Shown one piece after another: positions 12,080 through 26,600 of a DNA stretch of 64,000 nucleotides. The stretch is from Balanoglossus misakiensis (lineage: Eukaryota > Animalia > Hemichordata). Made by a program: the position numbers and the translations under genes. Within the stretch, counting starts at the first letter, position 1. Each line of letters opens with the position of its first letter. The stretch is taken from NCBI GenBank assembly GCA_040954595.2, contig CM082578.2:11167166-11231165 (forward strand), read 5' to 3'. The notes under the pieces were generated by a model. It ran no database searches. It had not been told where the DNA came from and saw only the letters and a program-made list of their open reading frames with translations.

Positions 12080-15000
12080 ACACAAGTATTTCAGTTTAAT
12101 CTTGTCCATTGAAAATTTTAATCTCAAACAAGAAGATACATGTCTACAGTGTTATCTGTAGACTTACAATATGAAAAAGGAAAGAAAATCAATGAGTTGT
12201 AATTTACAAAATCATGCCAAAATTTCCAACCATAGCACTGCATCAGCTTGGTTAACATCAATGGAAATACTATTGTCATTAGATGTTAGGTGGTCACTGC
12301 AGACTGCCAGTAACAGTTACAGCTGCATCGCGGTAAATGGACACTTCGTCCTAACCTTGGTTGCCGGATACCCCATCTGGTATTTGAATCTGCAAAACAA
12401 GAAATGTAAAAATGACTGTCTTTAATATTCATGAACATGAAACAAAGCCACTGTACAGCCAATTGTTGTTCATTCGCAGAAGGTATTCATGCAAATCTGT
12501 ATGGCTGCCTGGAATTTCACTCTATTTGGCAACTTGATTCAACTCTACTGCAACAACGATAGAGATCTGCCCATATAAGCTTATACTAGTAATTGCACTT
12601 AGTTGAACCGACAACTCCTGGACATCGTGAACAAATACACCCCACCCCTACCCATGTATTGTCTAAGTCATTGCTTCAATTTTCTTTCCCACAATTCTTA
12701 CCTTCCCACAACCATACGGTAATCTCTGGACATCAATCACGCAGGCTGGCAATCATCTTGGCATCATCTATGGAATCTCTGGAATAAATGAAAAGTATGT
12801 AAAAGATGGCTGACATGTTTGTGCCATAACAAAATGGCCACACCTTGCATCTAGCAGTTAGGTCGATTTAAAAAACATCCACATATTTTACCGGTTCCAT
12901 ATTGTTACATGCAGGTTTGTGAAAAATCGGTTCGCTCGATTTGGAAACGGCATCAGTCTGAATCGAAAAAAAATTCAAAATGGCATCCATGCATGAAAAG
13001 AGGTGCTTTGATGTCTATATCGCTTGTCAAACCTGAAACCTCTGGTCTTCGTTCAGCCATTGAAGATACTGCCCTTACCGCATCGGCCAGCTGTACTGCT
13101 GTATGGCGAAAAAAACTAGTAGCTTAGGCCCCAGCTTTGTTGATGAATACTATTATGAGTTGATCTCGTCTCTGGATCTGCAAAACAAGGAAATGAAGTG
13201 AATGTATGTAATAATCATGATCGTTCAGTCATGGAACATACCCTGCCCTTACCTCAACCCAGCTATACCGCTGCATGGCGAAAAAAATTCTGGTCTCCGC
13301 ATCTGCAAAACAAGCAAATGAAAGTGAATATTCATGAACACGAAAGAAACATCTACCGCGATCACTGTACCACAATTGAAAAATGACGAAAGATTACAAA
13401 TCTGACAAAACCTATATTAACTACTACGCAAGCTCGAAGATGATCGGTACGGAAATAAACCACTCAGTTTATCAGTACAACGTGTATGTTTTTATTTTTT
13501 ATTGAAAAATGACGTAAGATGACAAATCTGACAAAACCTATATTAACTACTACGCAAGCTCGAAGATGATCGGTACGGAAATAAACCACTCAGTTTATCA
13601 GTACAACGTGTATGTTTTTATTTTTTATTGAAAAATGACGTAAGATGACAAATCTGACAAAAACTATGTTAACTACTACGCACGCTCGAAGATGATCGGT
13701 ACGGAAATAAACCACTCAGTTTATCAGTACAACGTGTATGTTTTTATGTTTTATTGAAAAATGACGTAAGATGACAAATCTGACAAAACCTGTATTAACT
13801 ACTACGCACGCTCGAAGATGATCGGTACGGAAATAAACCACTCAGTTTATCAGTACAACGTGTATGTTTTTATTTTTTATTGAAAAATGACGTAAGATGA
13901 CAAATCTGACAAAACCTATATTAACTACTACGCAAGCTCGAAGATGATCGGTACGGAAATAAACCACTCAGTTTATCAGTACAACGTGTATGTTTTTATT
14001 TTTTATTGAAAAATGACGAAAGATCACAAATCTGACAAAACCTATGTTAACTACTACGCACGCTCGAAGATGATCGGTACGGAAATAAACCACTCAGTTT
14101 ATCTGTACAACGTGCATTTTTTAAATATATTTTTTATTGAAAAATGACGAAAGATCACAAATCTGACAAAACCTATATTAACTACTACGCACGCTCGAAG
14201 ATGATCGGTACGGAAATAAACCACTCAGTTTATCAGTACAACGTGCATTTTTTTATTGAAAAATGACGAAAGATGACAAATCTGAAAAAACGCGTATTAA
14301 TTATATTAAACCAACGGTCTAAGGGATGGGACCCACCCGCACCGGGGATTTTATTTATGTCTATATCACTCACTTGTTCTGGAACCTCAGATAATCCGCT
14401 GGTCTTCATTCAGCCATGGAACATACAAACGCTCACCTCATTGTAGTCTAGATGCATGGCCCAAATATACCGTACAACTTACCGTGACACACACGTGCGC
14501 ACACACACAACAACGAGCACCTTTCGAAGCATTCAAAGCCGATGAACTTGTTGGTGCCGTAACAAAAATGACCCATGCACCGAGCATGTAGTCATGTTGG
14601 TTTTAAAACTGTAATGACATCCACATATGGCATCCGTATTGTTGCATTCTTCAGATTTGTGCAAAATTGGTTCGCTGAACTGGCTACCGGCACCAGTCAG
14701 AATCGTTGAAAGTTCTTAAAAATTGCCCAAAAACTTGGCTAATACCGCTTACTCTGACATCATGCTTGTAACATCATAGCATCCACGTTGAACGTACACC
14801 ATCAGTTCACCGGGGCCTCCGATCTGCAAAATGAGAAAAAAAATGAATGCCTTTCCATGTACACAAAACCAAATATCAACCGTGATTACCGTACGCTAAA
14901 CTGTTGTTCATTCGCATATTGTACACGACGACAATATGTGTTGTAGGGCTTCGTTGTCAGACAAGTAGTCTAAAACGCCCGCATGGCACTATGAACATTT

Positions 15001-15600
15001 ACATATTTTCAAGTTTAGGCCTACAGCCAAGCGGAACATTGTAAAATCCGACAAAAATATTTTTGGCAAAGACTGCACGGACACACAAAAATAACTGTTT
15101 CTAATGAAGCATTTCAAAACCTACTCAGTACTTTTGCCATTGTCTGGTAGTATAATACAAAATTTGCATTCATTTACACCCGAAAACACGCTGACCGCAC
15201 GTGTACCCGCTGTAGCTGTCAATTCATCGAACCCGCCACCAATTCATCGTAGCCCCCTTCCCCTTTCCCGAAAAACTACCTTGTTTTTTATGGGGAAAAA
15301 TGCCGCCCACCAGTAGAGCTGAAACACCGACTTGTCTTCTTTTGATAGACCGTATATCATATTAGTAACGCGAAAGGGTGCGGGAATTTGTGAATTAAAA
15401 AGCAGGGCAGCGCTGACTCGAACTGTCCGACTGTGACGCATCCAATTTTTCAATTCTGTTGTGCAAACGTCTGGCTTTTAGTTTGTCCGTAACTCGCTAC
15501 AGAATAACCCATGCTTCTGTTCAAAAATTGAGTAAATGTGTCTACTTCTGTTACTTTACTTACCGCTGTCGTCATGAAAACTATCCAGCGGAGAAACTCT
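12080..15600 (-). other. Putative spliced, apparently non-coding transcription unit made of duplicated exon-intron modules (probably transposon interior)
   Basis: Minus-strand donors (GTAAGT 15563, GTAAGC 14752, GTAAGT 14482, GTAAGG ~13250 and ~13078, GTAAGA ~12700) pair with pyrimidine-tract/CAG acceptors (~14824, ~13303, ~13178, ~12780, ~12390). ATTAAA near 12095. The 12701-12778 exon has stops in all frames and I could not assemble a long spliced ORF. Confidence 0.35.
13375..14300. repeat. 126-bp minisatellite, ~7.3 copies
   Basis: CTACTACGCA(A/C)GCTCGAAGATGATCGGTACGGAAATAAACCACTCAG recurs at 13421, 13547, 13673, ~13799, ~13925, 14051, ~14182. Confidence 0.97.
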
Positions 15601-15724
15601 GTTTTGGGGGGCAGAGTTCCCCGCATCTTCTCGTGGTCCGTGCAGCACCGTGGCCGTCTGACTCTCTAATGAAAATGCACGGAAGGCTAGACGGAAATTT
15701 CCAAGTGGAGTTGGTCCAGGTGGG

Positions 15725-15820
15725 TCCAACCAATCAGCAGCGAAAACTTTGCTCTGACGCGTCTCAAGTCACGTCACGTGACCCGCATCAAAAGTGCTAA
15801 CACAGTTACGTAACTGTTGA
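15725..15820. promoter_or_regulatory. Promoter-like motif cluster (CCAAT, TGACGC, E-box GTCACGTGAC, palindrome ACAGTTACGTAACTGT)
   Basis: CCAATCAG ~15730, TGACGCGT ~15755, GTCACGTCACGTGAC ~15768-15782 and a 16-bp perfect palindrome 15802-15817. The cluster lies just upstream of the first minus-strand donor at 15563. Confidence 0.4.
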
Positions 15821-18800
15821 AATTTCGGATTCTTTTGTCGTAGTTTGCCAGACATTTTGAACATCACACGATTCCACATTCGAAAGAATTTACCATGCGC
15901 TTTGAAATGTTGGAGTAGGGGATAATCATCGTCACCTAATTATCTATTCACAAGCCTTATAAGTGACCTTTATGCAATGTTAACCTGCTGAAGCATATTT
16001 GAATCATATCACACACCGCAATTATTAAAAAAAGTCGCTACAAATTGCTGATATGCACTTGTAAGTGTGTTGTTATTCGACGTACGGAATGTACATGTAG
16101 TGTGAATTAAATCTTTAAAATTGAAACACTAAAATTAATCACCCGTGTTGTGTGTGAGTCGACGTGAAGATGACTCTTATACAGCCTGCAAAATGAACCA
16201 TTTGGGATATCTAATCCGTTCAGCGGGGGATAAAAGCGGAAAGGCTGCCAGGGCTAAAAAGTGTAAGGGAACTGAACAGGTCGCGATGCACACGTCTCGA
16301 ACTATTCTTTGAGAACGGCTTTATACTCGGGGCGACCACCACAAAACCAACATCTCGCGGCACCAAAATTGGTCTACTAGCAGACCTCCGCATTTGATGC
16401 GGAGAAACAGCAGTGTTTTCCTTAAAATCGATTCAAATTGCAGAGAGTAATTGCCCAGTTACATCTGAAGGCGGGTTGGTATTGTAACAGTACCCTCGTC
16501 GCCCCTCTGCATAATAATGACTTGTATAACAGTCACAGCACGGAAATTTTTACTCCTTGGCTAGTCTTCTTTGAGATCGAGTTCTCCTGCTTCCTAATTA
16601 TCGTCTTCGCCTAAAAGACTCCTTTTTTCAAGATGCACTCTTTTACCTTGGGGATTTTTTCATTCGATTATACATTGACTGTAGTCATACTGTGTGCGAG
16701 TGTGTGTTATCTACCGCATAAACGTCTGCAATGACGTCACATGCAGTAACTACACATTGTTAGGTGAATGGGTGTTGACAAACCGCGACTCTGCTTCTGC
16801 TCATATTTAGAATAGGTTGACCCTGACCAGTATTACCATTTTTTTAAAGTTAGCTCGTTGATAAGATTTACTACATTTTGTTGTTTGTCTTTCTTGCGGA
16901 TTCTGGCTGGTACTCAAACAAGGAAATGCTGCAACGTTAATATAAAAAAGAAGAACATTCTTTAATCATGGTTAGCATGTGTGTCTCCGACACAAGGAGA
17001 AAAGATTGACACATTACCCATCGTCGCAGAAAATAGGGGTCGACACAACGTTTTAGTAGAGTCAACTAAGAGAGCCAGGCAAATCGACATCAGAAGAGAG
17101 CTGAGAATCTAGCAGCGCCCATGACAAGGCTTTTAAAATCGAAAGTGCACAAAACCTGCGCGAAGAAGAAGACAAGTATATTAGATTGGTGCCTTCCTCT
17201 GCTCGGGCCGTTAAAAGTCAATTAACTTGAGTCACTCGGGAAAACCACCTTCGGCGTATAATTTCCCCTGAAAAGGGAAACAGAGGTAAAACGCGTTCTA
17301 TTTTTAGGAACAAGTTTGTGTTTCCCCAGTTGTTGGCAGGAGCACTTTCGCGAGTTTATTTCTTCGATGGGGGAGGCAAAAAAACGTAATTGTATAGGGG
17401 AAACATATCGGGTGACGTTTGTGTAGAATGGCGCGGTAAGTTCCCCGGCAGAAACCTTTAAACGTGCATTAAGCGTGAGTAGCGTCGCCGTTCCTTGAAA
17501 CCGCCCTGGTTTTTCGACTGTAAATGTGGTGTTTTAATGCGCGCATCGAATTGCGCTTTCATGCACAGGCTGATTCTCCAGAGCTTTAATAGCCGAACAT
17601 TGATGTGAGTCCAACTGTAATACCTTCCTCCGTGAAAAAAGTGCAAAAGTGATGTGAACAGATAAAAACGTCGATTACGTGACAAAAATGGGAATTTGGA
17701 TACAGCTGGTATCAGCTGGGATGATGGTAGAAAACATTGGCATGAAATTTCCTCAATTGACGTTTCGTAATATCAGAATAACAACCAACAAGAAACTATG
17801 CTTGATACACAGAATAAAAAATACTGAAAAGTTGCCATTACTATAAACAAATACTTGTAAATTCTGCACCATGATCATTGTTACATACTTCCGCACAACG
17901 CATCGTCTGTGTTGTTGCAAATGTGGATTCCTGAGTTCAAGACAAGGGATGAGGAAATCCCGGATGTTTTCAATAAATGCAACCGTGGGGAACTGACATG
18001 GACGGTGGTCATCGGCTTTTCAACCCCGATGATAAAATAAAATTGAACCCCGATGATTTGAAAAAGTCATTATTCGCTAATTCCTGTCTACCCGCATTTG
18101 TTGAAAAAAATAGCAATCGTCGTCACGTTTCCTTGAATGTCTAGTTATGTATACTCCCACATACCGGCACATATGCTTTTATGATGTTGTGATGTATGAT
18201 GCGTGTACAAATTTTGAACATATACACGTTCTACGTGGGAAATGTATTTCCGTTACAGGAGGAAAGTCGTTGGAATAGATTGACGTCAATTTAATGTGGT
18301 ATATAATTGTGGTGTTTCACCACCGTGTGTAAGCCCCCGGATGTTCACAACCTGGTTCAAGTTTTCCGATTGACATAGCGAAGCGAGAAAGATTCAAGTC
18401 TCCATGCGTTGTGGTGGAGAGGTTCTTTTTACATCTCGCGTCTCTTGGTGTCTTGCGAACTCTTGATTCCCTTCACCATACGAAAAAAAATTCATCTGAA
18501 ATCCAGGCAAAGTCCAAAGCAAGGGATTGCTCGTGACATACACCGCATAGGTGAATAACCGACTGATTGGAATCAAGGTCATCGTGGCTTTCTCGGCAAG
18601 CTGCGTTGGATGAATGGATGACGTATATTAATTCCGCCCCAGTCACGGCGCCTTTTTTTCACACGTCACAACCGTGCTGTGTGTTTCTTCTCTCTATCTC
18701 CTTCGCGAATCAAAATGCCGAAGGATGAGATTTTTAATACGAGTGTTCACATCTTGAGTATTGATTAGTGTGCGTGCAAGAACGGCTTAAAATACAGACA

Positions 18801-19348
18801 ATCAAAATGAAAACCTTTGAAATTGAGCCATTGGCATATAAAAATAGTCTTTTAAAAAACCGCGCCTGTCCATTGCTTGGCATCTCTCCACTGATGAATT
18901 CGTCCGAGAACAGTATAATGTACACAGCTATAGCGCGACCATAGAAGTGTGGGTCAGATCCAGAATCTCGCGAGATAAAACGGCGCGCAGAAATCACGTG
19001 TCTGAATCCGAACCATTTCATTTTACCCTGGGACTAGTAAAGTATATTTTAATACCTTAGGTTTTACTTAAAAAACAAAAATGATATTGTCAGTTAATTT
19101 TGCTGCGAAGAACATCGTCCAAGGAAGAACATAATTGTTAAACTACATGTGCAAGTGGCATCCCGCTAAGGTTCCCTCTTCAGGCGACACGCCCTTTCAA
19201 CTTTCAAGGATTCAATGTGAATGCCATGCCTATTAAAGTGTACCACCTTGATGTATTTAAAAGGGACAAGTGTTCATAATCTTTTGCCGATATTAAGAGA
19301 ACTGGTTTGTTTAGTTTACTTTGAATTGTCGGCTACGGGGGGCACTTA

Positions 19349-20154
19349 GGCTGCATTCACAAACACCTCTGGAGGGGGGGGCGGGAGAATTCAAATTTTT
19401 TTACCGCTAATTTTCACATGCCCCCCTTCCGAACTGCCAATATTTTCAAATCCCCCCCTTCCGAACTGCCAAAATTTTGAAATCCCCCCCCCCCCCCATT
19501 TTCTTTCACTGAGCAAAACACATCACCTATCTATCTTGTAAAAAGAAAAACAGCGCTCCCATGAAAAGAATTTGAAACTGATGTTTTCCCTCATCAGTGG
19601 GTATTAAAACTGAACATTGTTTTTATTTTTTAAGTACATATATTTGTATTCTGTGTTGGGAGACATTGTAAACCGAGAATTGAAGGGGGTGGGTTTGGGA
19701 GGGGGTGTCCCCCTCCCACGTAAGAAAATTTTCTAAAATACAGAGCTCAAAGCTGCATTTTAATGAACCCGGCAAAAGCAAATTAACTCAACTACCGGTA
19801 TGTTGGGGAGGACAAATTTAACCGTCGCTGCTCAAAGTTATCATGGGGTGGGGGCAAGTCCCCTGACCTGGGATACTAGATAAACCAGCCAATGATTGAA
19901 AGGTGTTGATGAATGGAGGGGGTGGGTGTGGGAGGGGGTGTCCCCCTCCCACATTAGAAAATTTTGTAAAATAAAGGGCGCGAAACTGCATTTTTGTGGA
20001 CTCAAAATAAATATTTAGTCGTTAAAGTTTTCAAGTCCCCCCCTTTCAGTCCCTAAATTATTTCAAATCCCCCCCCTTACATACCCTCAATTTTTTCAAA
20101 TCCCCCCCCTCAATTCTCCCGCCCCCCCCTCCAGAGGTGTTTGTGAATGCAGCC
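19349..20154 (+). mobile_element. PIF/Harbinger-type MITE, ~806 bp, copy 1
   Basis: TIRs GGCTGCATTCACAAACACCTCTGGAGGGGGGG...CCCCCCCTCCAGAGGTGTTTGTGAATGCAGCC with TTA target-site duplication (19346-48, 20155-57). No coding capacity. Two internal GTGGGAGGGGGTGTCCCCCTCCCAC-type hairpins. Confidence 0.92.
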
Positions 20155-23100
20155 TTAGCCCACGCGGTTGCTTCTATTTCATCTAAATTAAATCATTTGA
20201 TAATGTCGGTTTTCATGGACATATACCATATATTAATTCTACCTTGCAGCCGCTTATCAATCACACACGTGCAATGTAAATTATTCAAAAATGCACGTTT
20301 GGCGATGACAATACACCCATTGAGAATCACACAGGCGCGTGACTATGTACCGTATACCGGAAGTATTTGAGAAAAAGACGCTCCTGAATTACATGTAAAC
20401 CACTCTGTGATTGGTTAAACCCCGGACGAGGTTCAAAACAGTTCTGCCTTCAACACTCACCAATGAATGATGATTTTGATATCAAAACCACAGACGTTTA
20501 GGAATTCTTCAGACTCGATTGAAAAGGCCAGGATGTGTCAACCGCAGTGCTTTTGACATGTTGACCCGGTCAGCAGTTGAACGTTCCACTCGCGCTGATT
20601 GTGAAAACCTTGGAGGGAATTAACCTGCCTGTTAATCTGGACACTGTCTGGGCCTTGTTCATTGAATCGACAGTAACCGTACCATGAATGATAACAAATT
20701 GAGTTTAACGATCCATAGCAAGATCGAAGGAGACAGCATATCACTTAGAGAATAGATATACATATATGTATCGTCAACTTGCCAGATAGCATGCTTGCCA
20801 GTATCGCCGCAGTCCACTCTCGCGTGTCCATGCGTATCGTAAAGAGAAAGAAAAATTGTCATAACTTTGCAATAACAACCAGGGCAACATCCCAGAGATC
20901 ATTGACCTTTATCATGGCTACTTCATTCAGAAACTACGGTCGAAATCTGCCAGGTTTTTTTTTACCTCCGAGGTTTTATCGATTTCCCATTCAAAACGCT
21001 GCCCGTGGTTAGTTAAAAGAGACTCTCACAACCTTCCAGCTTGTTTCGATAATCTGCCGCCTGTCAAGAATTACGGCTTGCTTTATAATTTAATGAACAT
21101 TGAACCATTATCAATGGAAAAATACCTAGCTGTTAATAACGATTCATCACCTACAGAGGATAACTGTGACAGTAATTACTGGTTCTCCAATCGTGATTAT
21201 GTGATCATTACGCTGTCTGTGTCGGAGCAGAAGCACGTATATAGATGAAACAGAGTATATTCTCAGTTTAAATTCACATGTCAAATGTAGTTTCCATATT
21301 ACTCCTCAACACTTCAAATTCGGAGACAGTCTCCCCCCCTCTCTCTCTCTCTCTCTCCTTTCCCTCTGTCGACTTGTCAAAATACAGTTTGCTAAGACTA
21401 TACCGTCTGATTAAACAGAAAGACATTACGAGAACTAAAATAGCGGCCATCTCAAAGACTGGACTTCAGTTTTCTTTTCTTCGCCGTCTTGTGAGGATTT
21501 TCAGGATATGTTCCTGACCCGCGGCATCAATCTTGTTCTTGTTTACCTAGACTATTTTTCGACTATTCTAATTATAATACGACAAATAAATTCGGTGCTT
21601 CACAGGGGAAAATGTCAAAAAACAAAAAAACAAGATATTTGGAACTCAGGGGAAATCTCAACGTGAACCTGGTCAACTGATAGTTTGCTTCCCCCCTCAA
21701 GATATCCTTTTGATTCCCCGCGACTGAAAACTAATCACAAGATAAAAAAACAAATGTCAAGCCATTTGTGTCGAACACGTACACTAACGAGAACACAAAC
21801 CTCAGGGGGGAGTTTGCGGATTACCTCGAGTGTACTTTCTTCGACGAAAATCCCAACGGGAAATCCCGTTATGCTTTGGGATCTGGTAGTCATTATTTCT
21901 TGGAGTTTATAGTCATAGCTCTTGGCGCAAAAGCTGTGTGGTAATGACCGCCGCATATTTGGCAGCCAACTGGATAAACTTTGCAAGGACGTTGTTTGCT
22001 CGGCGCCACCTTGCGAAAGTCTTAATTTATCGACCTATTCTTGCGTCGAATGCCAAGTTCAGTGGCGCGTAGCGTCGCAATTCTCGAGGGAGATCACGGC
22101 TAATTTAGTCTGATTTTCCCTAAATAGTTGAATTCACACACTATACATCAGGTCATAAACTTCACATTGGTACATTGCGCACGCGTTAAACCCGCTCGAT
22201 GAGAGTAGCGCTCACACATGCATTGCATCTCCGATAGCTCGCAGTGTTGCACCCAATGAAACCAAGAAGTATGGATAGAATCTCGGGGTTGTCCAACCTC
22301 TATTAAATCGATCTTTATATAGAGGCACTCCGTTTTGAATCCGTGTCAATGGCCGCCGGGAAACACAGATAAAAAAGAAACGTCGTGTGGGAGTGCACAG
22401 TGTCGATAAACGACAGTAATTTCATCGATATCCGTGGAATGTCAGTCAATGTCTCGTTATCCTCAGACATTCTCCCATCATACATCTGTCTGAGTTCATC
22501 TGCCTGCGTGGAGCATCCTGTCGTCCGTGATTCATTTTCATTCCACGGAATTCTTGCGACATTGTTTAGTACTGCTGTGGTGGTGGTCACCCGCTCGGCT
22601 GATGAAAGGAGAAATACCATTAATGCAAGGCAAAATTTACGATCTTTAGGATAAGTAGACGGCAATTTACAATTGGCACCCCGTGGTTATGATGAAGATA
22701 TATGCAACTAACTTCTTAATGTCTTCATGAGCATCCTAGACACAAATTTATTATTTTTGGTTAATTTTACAAATCCCAAACAATTCTTTTACATATCCTT
22801 GATCAGATGGGCACGAAACATTGACGAAGGCATCACCTTCAAGTCTTGATTCCTCTCCTTATCTTTTACACAAACAATAATCCCTAAACTAGTATAGGAA
22901 GTTTAGCCACATTGCTGATTGATTTTCTTTGTCCTGGTGACGTCATCCTTTTTCTAACTCTTGGAGAAAATCTTAGGAGTTCATCAGCCCCTGTACGTGC
23001 TTGCTGCAAAACGGGGGTGAACATAAACTTACAAACAGTACTACTAGTATTAAAATCATATTCACGAAACGCACTGTCTCGTGATTTTTTACATTTAAAC

Positions 23101-23635
23101 GGTGGTCATCATAACGCAATTTATCCTCATGGCTCATACATAACAGAAACAACGTGTTGATGAGCAATGTGTCTCGAGATTTGGATTACTGCGCCCTCTA
23201 AGGGCAGCTATTCGATTACACCGTGATTCAGCTCTGACAGTTGAAAATAAATATGTAGCAATAGAAAACGTGAAGGATGCTGCAACATTCAGATTACAAT
23301 TCGTGTATCCTGAAGGGATGACAGGAGAAATTCAGAGGTAGTCATAGAAACCTGACATTTACATCTTTCTGTCCAATGCGACTTGCTTGATTTGGGATTT
23401 TGTTTCTTTATTCAGCCCTCCACGATCTGCCTACGTCAGACGGCTGACGGGTTAACAGCTTAATGATATATGTTTTGAGTATGGTCGGCTGAATATCGAA
23501 TCGCAAGGCTATGAATATTTCGCTTATTTTGACTTCAGCGTATACGCCACAAGAAGTTCGCATGCACGTCTGCTGCTGCTGTGTTGCCACCGTTTCGCTC
23601 ACACTGCGTCCGTCTTTGTAATATTCTCTCTCCAG

Positions 23636-26600
23636 ATGTCGTATCGAAGCAAGACCCGCTCGAGAGACAATATCGCGTTTATCGGTCACCAGCACGTGCA
23701 CAACGAGGAAGGATCCAGCAAGCCCATGGTCCACTCGTCGACCAGACGGTACCACAGCAAGGGTACCACGGTGAAAAGGACTGTTTACTCGGGCATGCTC
23801 GGGGTGCGGATCAAAACGAAAAAGGGTCTCTCCAGCAAATGGGACTTCGTGGACCAGTTTGTCGTCGCCACGTCACAGTGTCTGTCTTACTACGATAGCC
23901 CGGTCAATTGGGTAAGTCATTCGTGCAATTGTTCATTTTCGTGACGTGTTTTTAAAAGGGGAAATTGTAGACTGCATCGCGATAGGCTCTGCATGGTCTA
24001 CGCTCACCGAAGTGCAGATTTCGCGTTTGTTGAAAAATGCGAACTGCATCTATATAACGTTGTCAGCATATACGGCAAGGATGATAAATAGGCTCGCAAA
24101 ATTACTTCCCTGAGCATAGGCATGTGTTTGAAATATGGAGCGTCTGTCTCCGCGTGTTGTGTTAAGGACTGCGATTGAGAACTCGCGCACCATGTCCACA
24201 AATGCGGCTATAAATTTCAGCCCCTTTAACCGAGCGATCGACCCAAACACTGGTCATGAATCGTTAAAATAGTGTACGTGGTCTTTGAGAGAGGGGAGAG
24301 AGGGAGGGGGACCAGGACGGAACGTATCAGGCATTGCACAGCCAAGTATAGCACACTTCTTGACGCGAACGCAGGTTCTGCCCATGGAACTCAATAATTT
24401 GAAATAAACCAGCCACATCTCGTTATCAACGCCAATCACACGTCACCCGCCGTACGTCGCTTGGAGATGTGACTGTTATCACCATATCTTCGTGTGTCCT
24501 TGAATATCAGGTGGTGGACAGCTATCGGCGCTTGTTTTTTTTCTCACCGCCGCACAAACCAAAATCCATTGGAAGAAGAGCGGGCTCGACTCGACAATGA
24601 TGAACACGCAAGGCATATCGGTTAATGGCATTTTGTCAGTTTGAAAAAATCCAATTGGATATAATCCGATCTCCAGGATAAGATATTCGTGAAATGAATA
24701 CAGCATTTGGCGTATATCTGTGGTATCGCCAAGCAAGCACTGCTTCTGTGCAGTGATTATGTATCTACGTGCGTAAATAATGTGTGCATGTTCCCTTACT
24801 ATCCTCCTTGTAAATGTCATTGAGGCTGCCGATGATATGGTAACTGTTCCTCTCATTACGATGCAATATTCTACCTTTAAGTTATCATCCAAAACTTCAC
24901 GTTGACACAGTTCACGTATAATACACGCTATATGTACACCCATCTATCTAAACAAGCATACACACACATACATAGAGACAGACAAACGTACATACATACA
25001 CGCACATACATCTGTATATACAATGTATATTACCGAATATAGTGGTGGATGACGTAGCGTTATTATAGTAATAGGTGGAATACCATGGCAACGTGGTTCA
25101 CTGTAATCCGGTCTCAGCATATTTTGTTTCCATTAAAGTTATCAGATACATTTCGCCCGCAGAGGTGAACAACGTTAGTGATTTTTAACAGGGGTTGGCT
25201 TTTCGCTAGATATAGGAAAGCTTTGGGTAAGGTCAAACGTCATCAATACTGCTCACATGCACTGTGTGGTTTTAATAGTTTTAAATACATTATGAGAAAT
25301 GCCTTGTTGTATTTATGTTTCGCGACGTCATAGTGTAAGAGTAATTTGTCAGTACAGAGGTATTTATTCAGCTAATGGAATCTTATATAGGGGATGCATG
25401 CTAAGATGTGGATGCGAATATTCTTCAGCGGTTGTTCCGATGTACTTAGGTCGAAATGAAAATGTTAAAAGCCATTGGGATGTGACATCTTCCATATCAC
25501 TTAAAAGATACTTAACATTGTGCTTACATGTATATAGGGGAATAAAAATATGTCGTATGACGGTGTCAAAATGTAATACGTATGTATTGCGCTGCAATTA
25601 TTCGACTCGTTTGCCAAATGTTGACAAAGCTTATGCAACCGACGCGGAACTCAACACAAACGTCACTTCTAGTCGCTAATCCGGAAAGGGACCTGTCCCA
25701 ATTATCTGCGACAATATTTGATCACGGTGATCGACAGCGCAATTAGATTTGGATGGCTTTGTGCAGGTGGTGCATTCGGTGATGCCCATCGTATTTCTGT
25801 CACATCTGAAACGATCATTACCTTGATATCTCATAAAACGAACTGTTTGAGCCTACAGAAAAAAAGTCACCGTTTCTCTTATAGTTCCTTTACCTTTTGT
25901 TTTCATTTTAACTGTTTAATTCATGTTGGGAAGAGCGATCGATACTTTACGGAGCCATTTATACGAATTTCACACACCTCGTAGGTTAATGATGATCGCG
26001 GTATTCATATCATGAGAGACGTTCGCATGATTGAAAAGAAACCAATTTTCGTCTAAAACAAGAAGTCAAATACCGGAGCACTGTTGATAATATCGCATAT
26101 TTGTCAATGCTAAATTCAGCAAAACATGCTGTGATATTCATGCGACATATATGACCAATTGCCATCAAAAAGAGGAGTAACACTATTATCAGTTTTGTTT
26201 TGCGATTGGAACTTCCATCCAGTGGAAAAAGAATTATTCTCCTTCAGATTTATCTGATAACCAAATGGCCATTTCATACGCTTAGAATTCCCGTTGTGTA
26301 TGCATTAATGTCAACTCGTAGCTGATAAGAAAAGTCAATAGAATCCAAAGGATAGCATCTGTGGATTCTTAAACCGATCGAAACGAGATGGTCGCGGCGG
26401 CTGTGACCTTCAGTGGATGCTGCAGAGGATGATGGTATTAAAACGCTTCCTTGTTTTAAGCGCGAGAAATGATTAGGCAAGGAATTTCGATCTGGTCGAG
26501 TACTGTTACGGCTTCAGTGAAAATCTAATCTTTTTTTTTCTCTGAGCCATCGTTAAGACCGTCTGCAATGTTAACTGCTTCGTCTCCACATGTCACTGCA

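Noticed and set aside
13375-14300. Tandem snoRNA/tRNA/5S gene cluster
   Set aside because: No convincing C/D boxes, cloverleaf or A/B boxes; treated as a minisatellite.
16960-23345. Upstream coding exons for the kinase-like gene (ATG plus donor at ~17121, ~17428, ~23318)
   Set aside because: Their phases (1 or 2) do not match the phase-0 acceptor at 23636; they could be UTR exons but cannot be supported.
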